20,900 nucleotides of DNA from Candidatus Eiseniibacteriota bacterium (GTDB taxonomy: Bacteria; Eisenbacteria; RBG-16-71-46; DASYSL01): assembly GCA_031431875.1 (NCBI GenBank), contig JANPEF010000162.1, positions 1 through 20,900 on the forward strand, in the 5' to 3' direction. Both the position numbers and the translations under genes were made by a program. Below, piece by piece: positions 19,562-20,900 of the stretch. Under the pieces are notes generated by a model that searched no databases, had not been told where the DNA came from, and worked only from the letters and a program-made list of their open reading frames with translations. Positions within the stretch are counted from its first letter, which is position 1. Each line of letters opens with the position of its first letter.

Positions 19562-20680
19562 ATGAGCGGAGTTCGAGTTCTCGTCGGCACGAAGAAGGGT
19601 GCGTTCATCCTCAGCGCCGACGGCAAGCGCGAGACGTGGACGGTCGATGGACCGCATTTCGCGGGGTTCGAGATGTACCACGTGAAGGGTTCCCCGCTGA
19701 ACCCGGACCGCATCTATGCGTCGCAGACCAGCGGCTGGTTCGGTCAGCTCATGCAGCGCTCCGACGACGGCGGGAAGACGTGGGAGGCGATCGGCAACGA
19801 GTTCACCTACGACGGCGACCCGGGCACGCACCTGTTCTACGACAATAGCGCCAAGCCGTGGGCGTTCAAGCGCGTGTGGCACGTCGAACCCTCGCTCGAC
19901 GACGCCGACACCGTGTACGCGGGCATCGAGGACGCCGCACTGTTCATCTCGAAGGACGCCGGCAAGTCGTGGCAGGAGATGCCGGGCCTGCGCCAGGGCA
20001 CCGACACGGAGAAGTGGACGCCCGGCGCCGGCGGCCTGGGCCTGCACACGATCCTCATCGACCCGACGCGGCATGAGCGCATGTACGTCGCGATCTCGGC
20101 GGCAGGCGTGTTCCGCAGCGACGACGCCGGGAAGACGTGGGCGGTGAAGACCCGCGGTCTCAAGTCGGCCTACGAGTTCGCGGATCCCAAGTCCGAGGTG
20201 GGTCATTGCGTGCACCGCATCGCCATGCACGGCAAGGCGCCGGACGTGCTCTACATGCAGAAGCACTGGGACGTGCTGCGCAGCGACGACGCGGGCGAAC
20301 ACTGGCACGAGGTGAGCGGCAACCTGCCGTCCGACTTCGGCTTCCCGATCGACGTCCACGCCCACGAGCCGAAGACCGTCTACGTCGTGCCGATCAAGAG
20401 CGACTCGGAGCACTTCCCGCCCGAGGGCAAGCTGCGCGTCTATCGCAGCAAGGTCGGCGGCGACGAGTGGGAGGCGTTGACGAAGGGCCTGCCGCAGAGC
20501 GACTGCTACGTCAACGTGCTGCGCGACGCGATGGCCGTCGACACGCTGGATTCGTGCGGTGTGTACTTCGGGACGACGGGCGGCCAAGTGTACTGCTCGC
20601 CCGACGGCGGAGACACCTGGAATGCGATCGTGCGCGACCTGCCGGGCGTGCTCTCGGTCGAGGTCCAGACGCTGCCGTGA
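19562..20680 (+). CDS. Cytoplasmic BNR/Asp-box repeat beta-propeller protein
   Basis: AAGGAG RBS and multiple SxDxGxTW boxes ([43 protein letters not shown]). No signal peptide. Confidence 0.9.
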   Translation: MSGVRVLVGTKKGAFILSADGKRETWTVDGPHFAGFEMYHVKGSPLNPDRIYASQTSGWFGQLMQRSDDGGKTWEAIGNEFTYDGDPGTHLFYDNSAKPWAFKRVWHVEPSLDDADTVYAGIEDAALFISKDAGKSWQEMPGLRQGTDTEKWTPGAGGLGLHTILIDPTRHERMYVAISAAGVFRSDDAGKTWAVKTRGLKSAYEFADPKSEVGHCVHRIAMHGKAPDVLYMQKHWDVLRSDDAGEHWHEVSGNLPSDFGFPIDVHAHEPKTVYVVPIKSDSEHFPPEGKLRVYRSKVGGDEWEALTKGLPQSDCYVNVLRDAMAVDTLDSCGVYFGTTGGQVYCSPDGGDTWNAIVRDLPGVLSVEVQTLP

Positions 20681-20900
20681 TCCGCGTCATGCTGCCGTAC
20701 CATCTGCGCAACCTGGCGAAGGTCGGGCCCGAGGTCGAACTCTCGATCGAGGGCCCGGTCACGCAGCGCGCCGTGATCGACGCGATCGAGGCGCGCTGGC
20801 CCATGCTGCGCGGCACCATCCGCGACTACGCAACGGGCCGGCGCCGACCGTTCCTGCGCTTCTACGCCTGCGAAGAGGACTGGTCGAACGCCGATCCCGA
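20677..20900 (+). CDS. MoaD/ThiS family ubiquitin-like protein (partial, runs off window)
   Basis: GTGA overlap with the propeller stop. [50 protein letters not shown]...[15 protein letters not shown] fits a beta-grasp pattern. C-terminal GG not visible. Confidence 0.8.
   Translation, partial: MIRVMLPYHLRNLAKVGPEVELSIEGPVTQRAVIDAIEARWPMLRGTIRDYATGRRRPFLRFYACEEDWSNADP

Overview
High-GC (about 70% by eye) diderm bacterial DNA. The FlgD/T9SS-like C-terminal domain and gene content suggest an FCB-related lineage such as Candidatus Eisenbacteria (inference only). The core is a housekeeping block: an outer-membrane beta-barrel gene plus guaB on the minus strand, diverging from tRNA(CAT)-tilS-hpt-ftsH-folP, with cdaA further on. 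Accessory genes include a YdeI/OmpD-associated gene with an in-frame amber codon, a patatin lipoprotein, a PaaI thioesterase, a SAM methyltransferase, a class II Fic protein with a palindromic operator, an addiction-module/ParE pair whose toxin lacks a start codon, a sigma54-type-promoter-driven small helical protein, a DinB-family protein, and a BNR beta-propeller/MoaD-like pair. The best candidates for new biology are (1) a Cyc2-like monoheme cytochrome-porin fusion paired with a secreted Kelch/FlgD protein, sitting between folP and cdaA, (2) cdaA translationally coupled to a MenA/UbiA-like membrane protein lacking both Asp-rich catalytic motifs instead of cdaR/glmM, and (3) the cytoplasmic BNR propeller plus ubiquitin-like pair. 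All family assignments come from motif recognition by eye; no searches were run.
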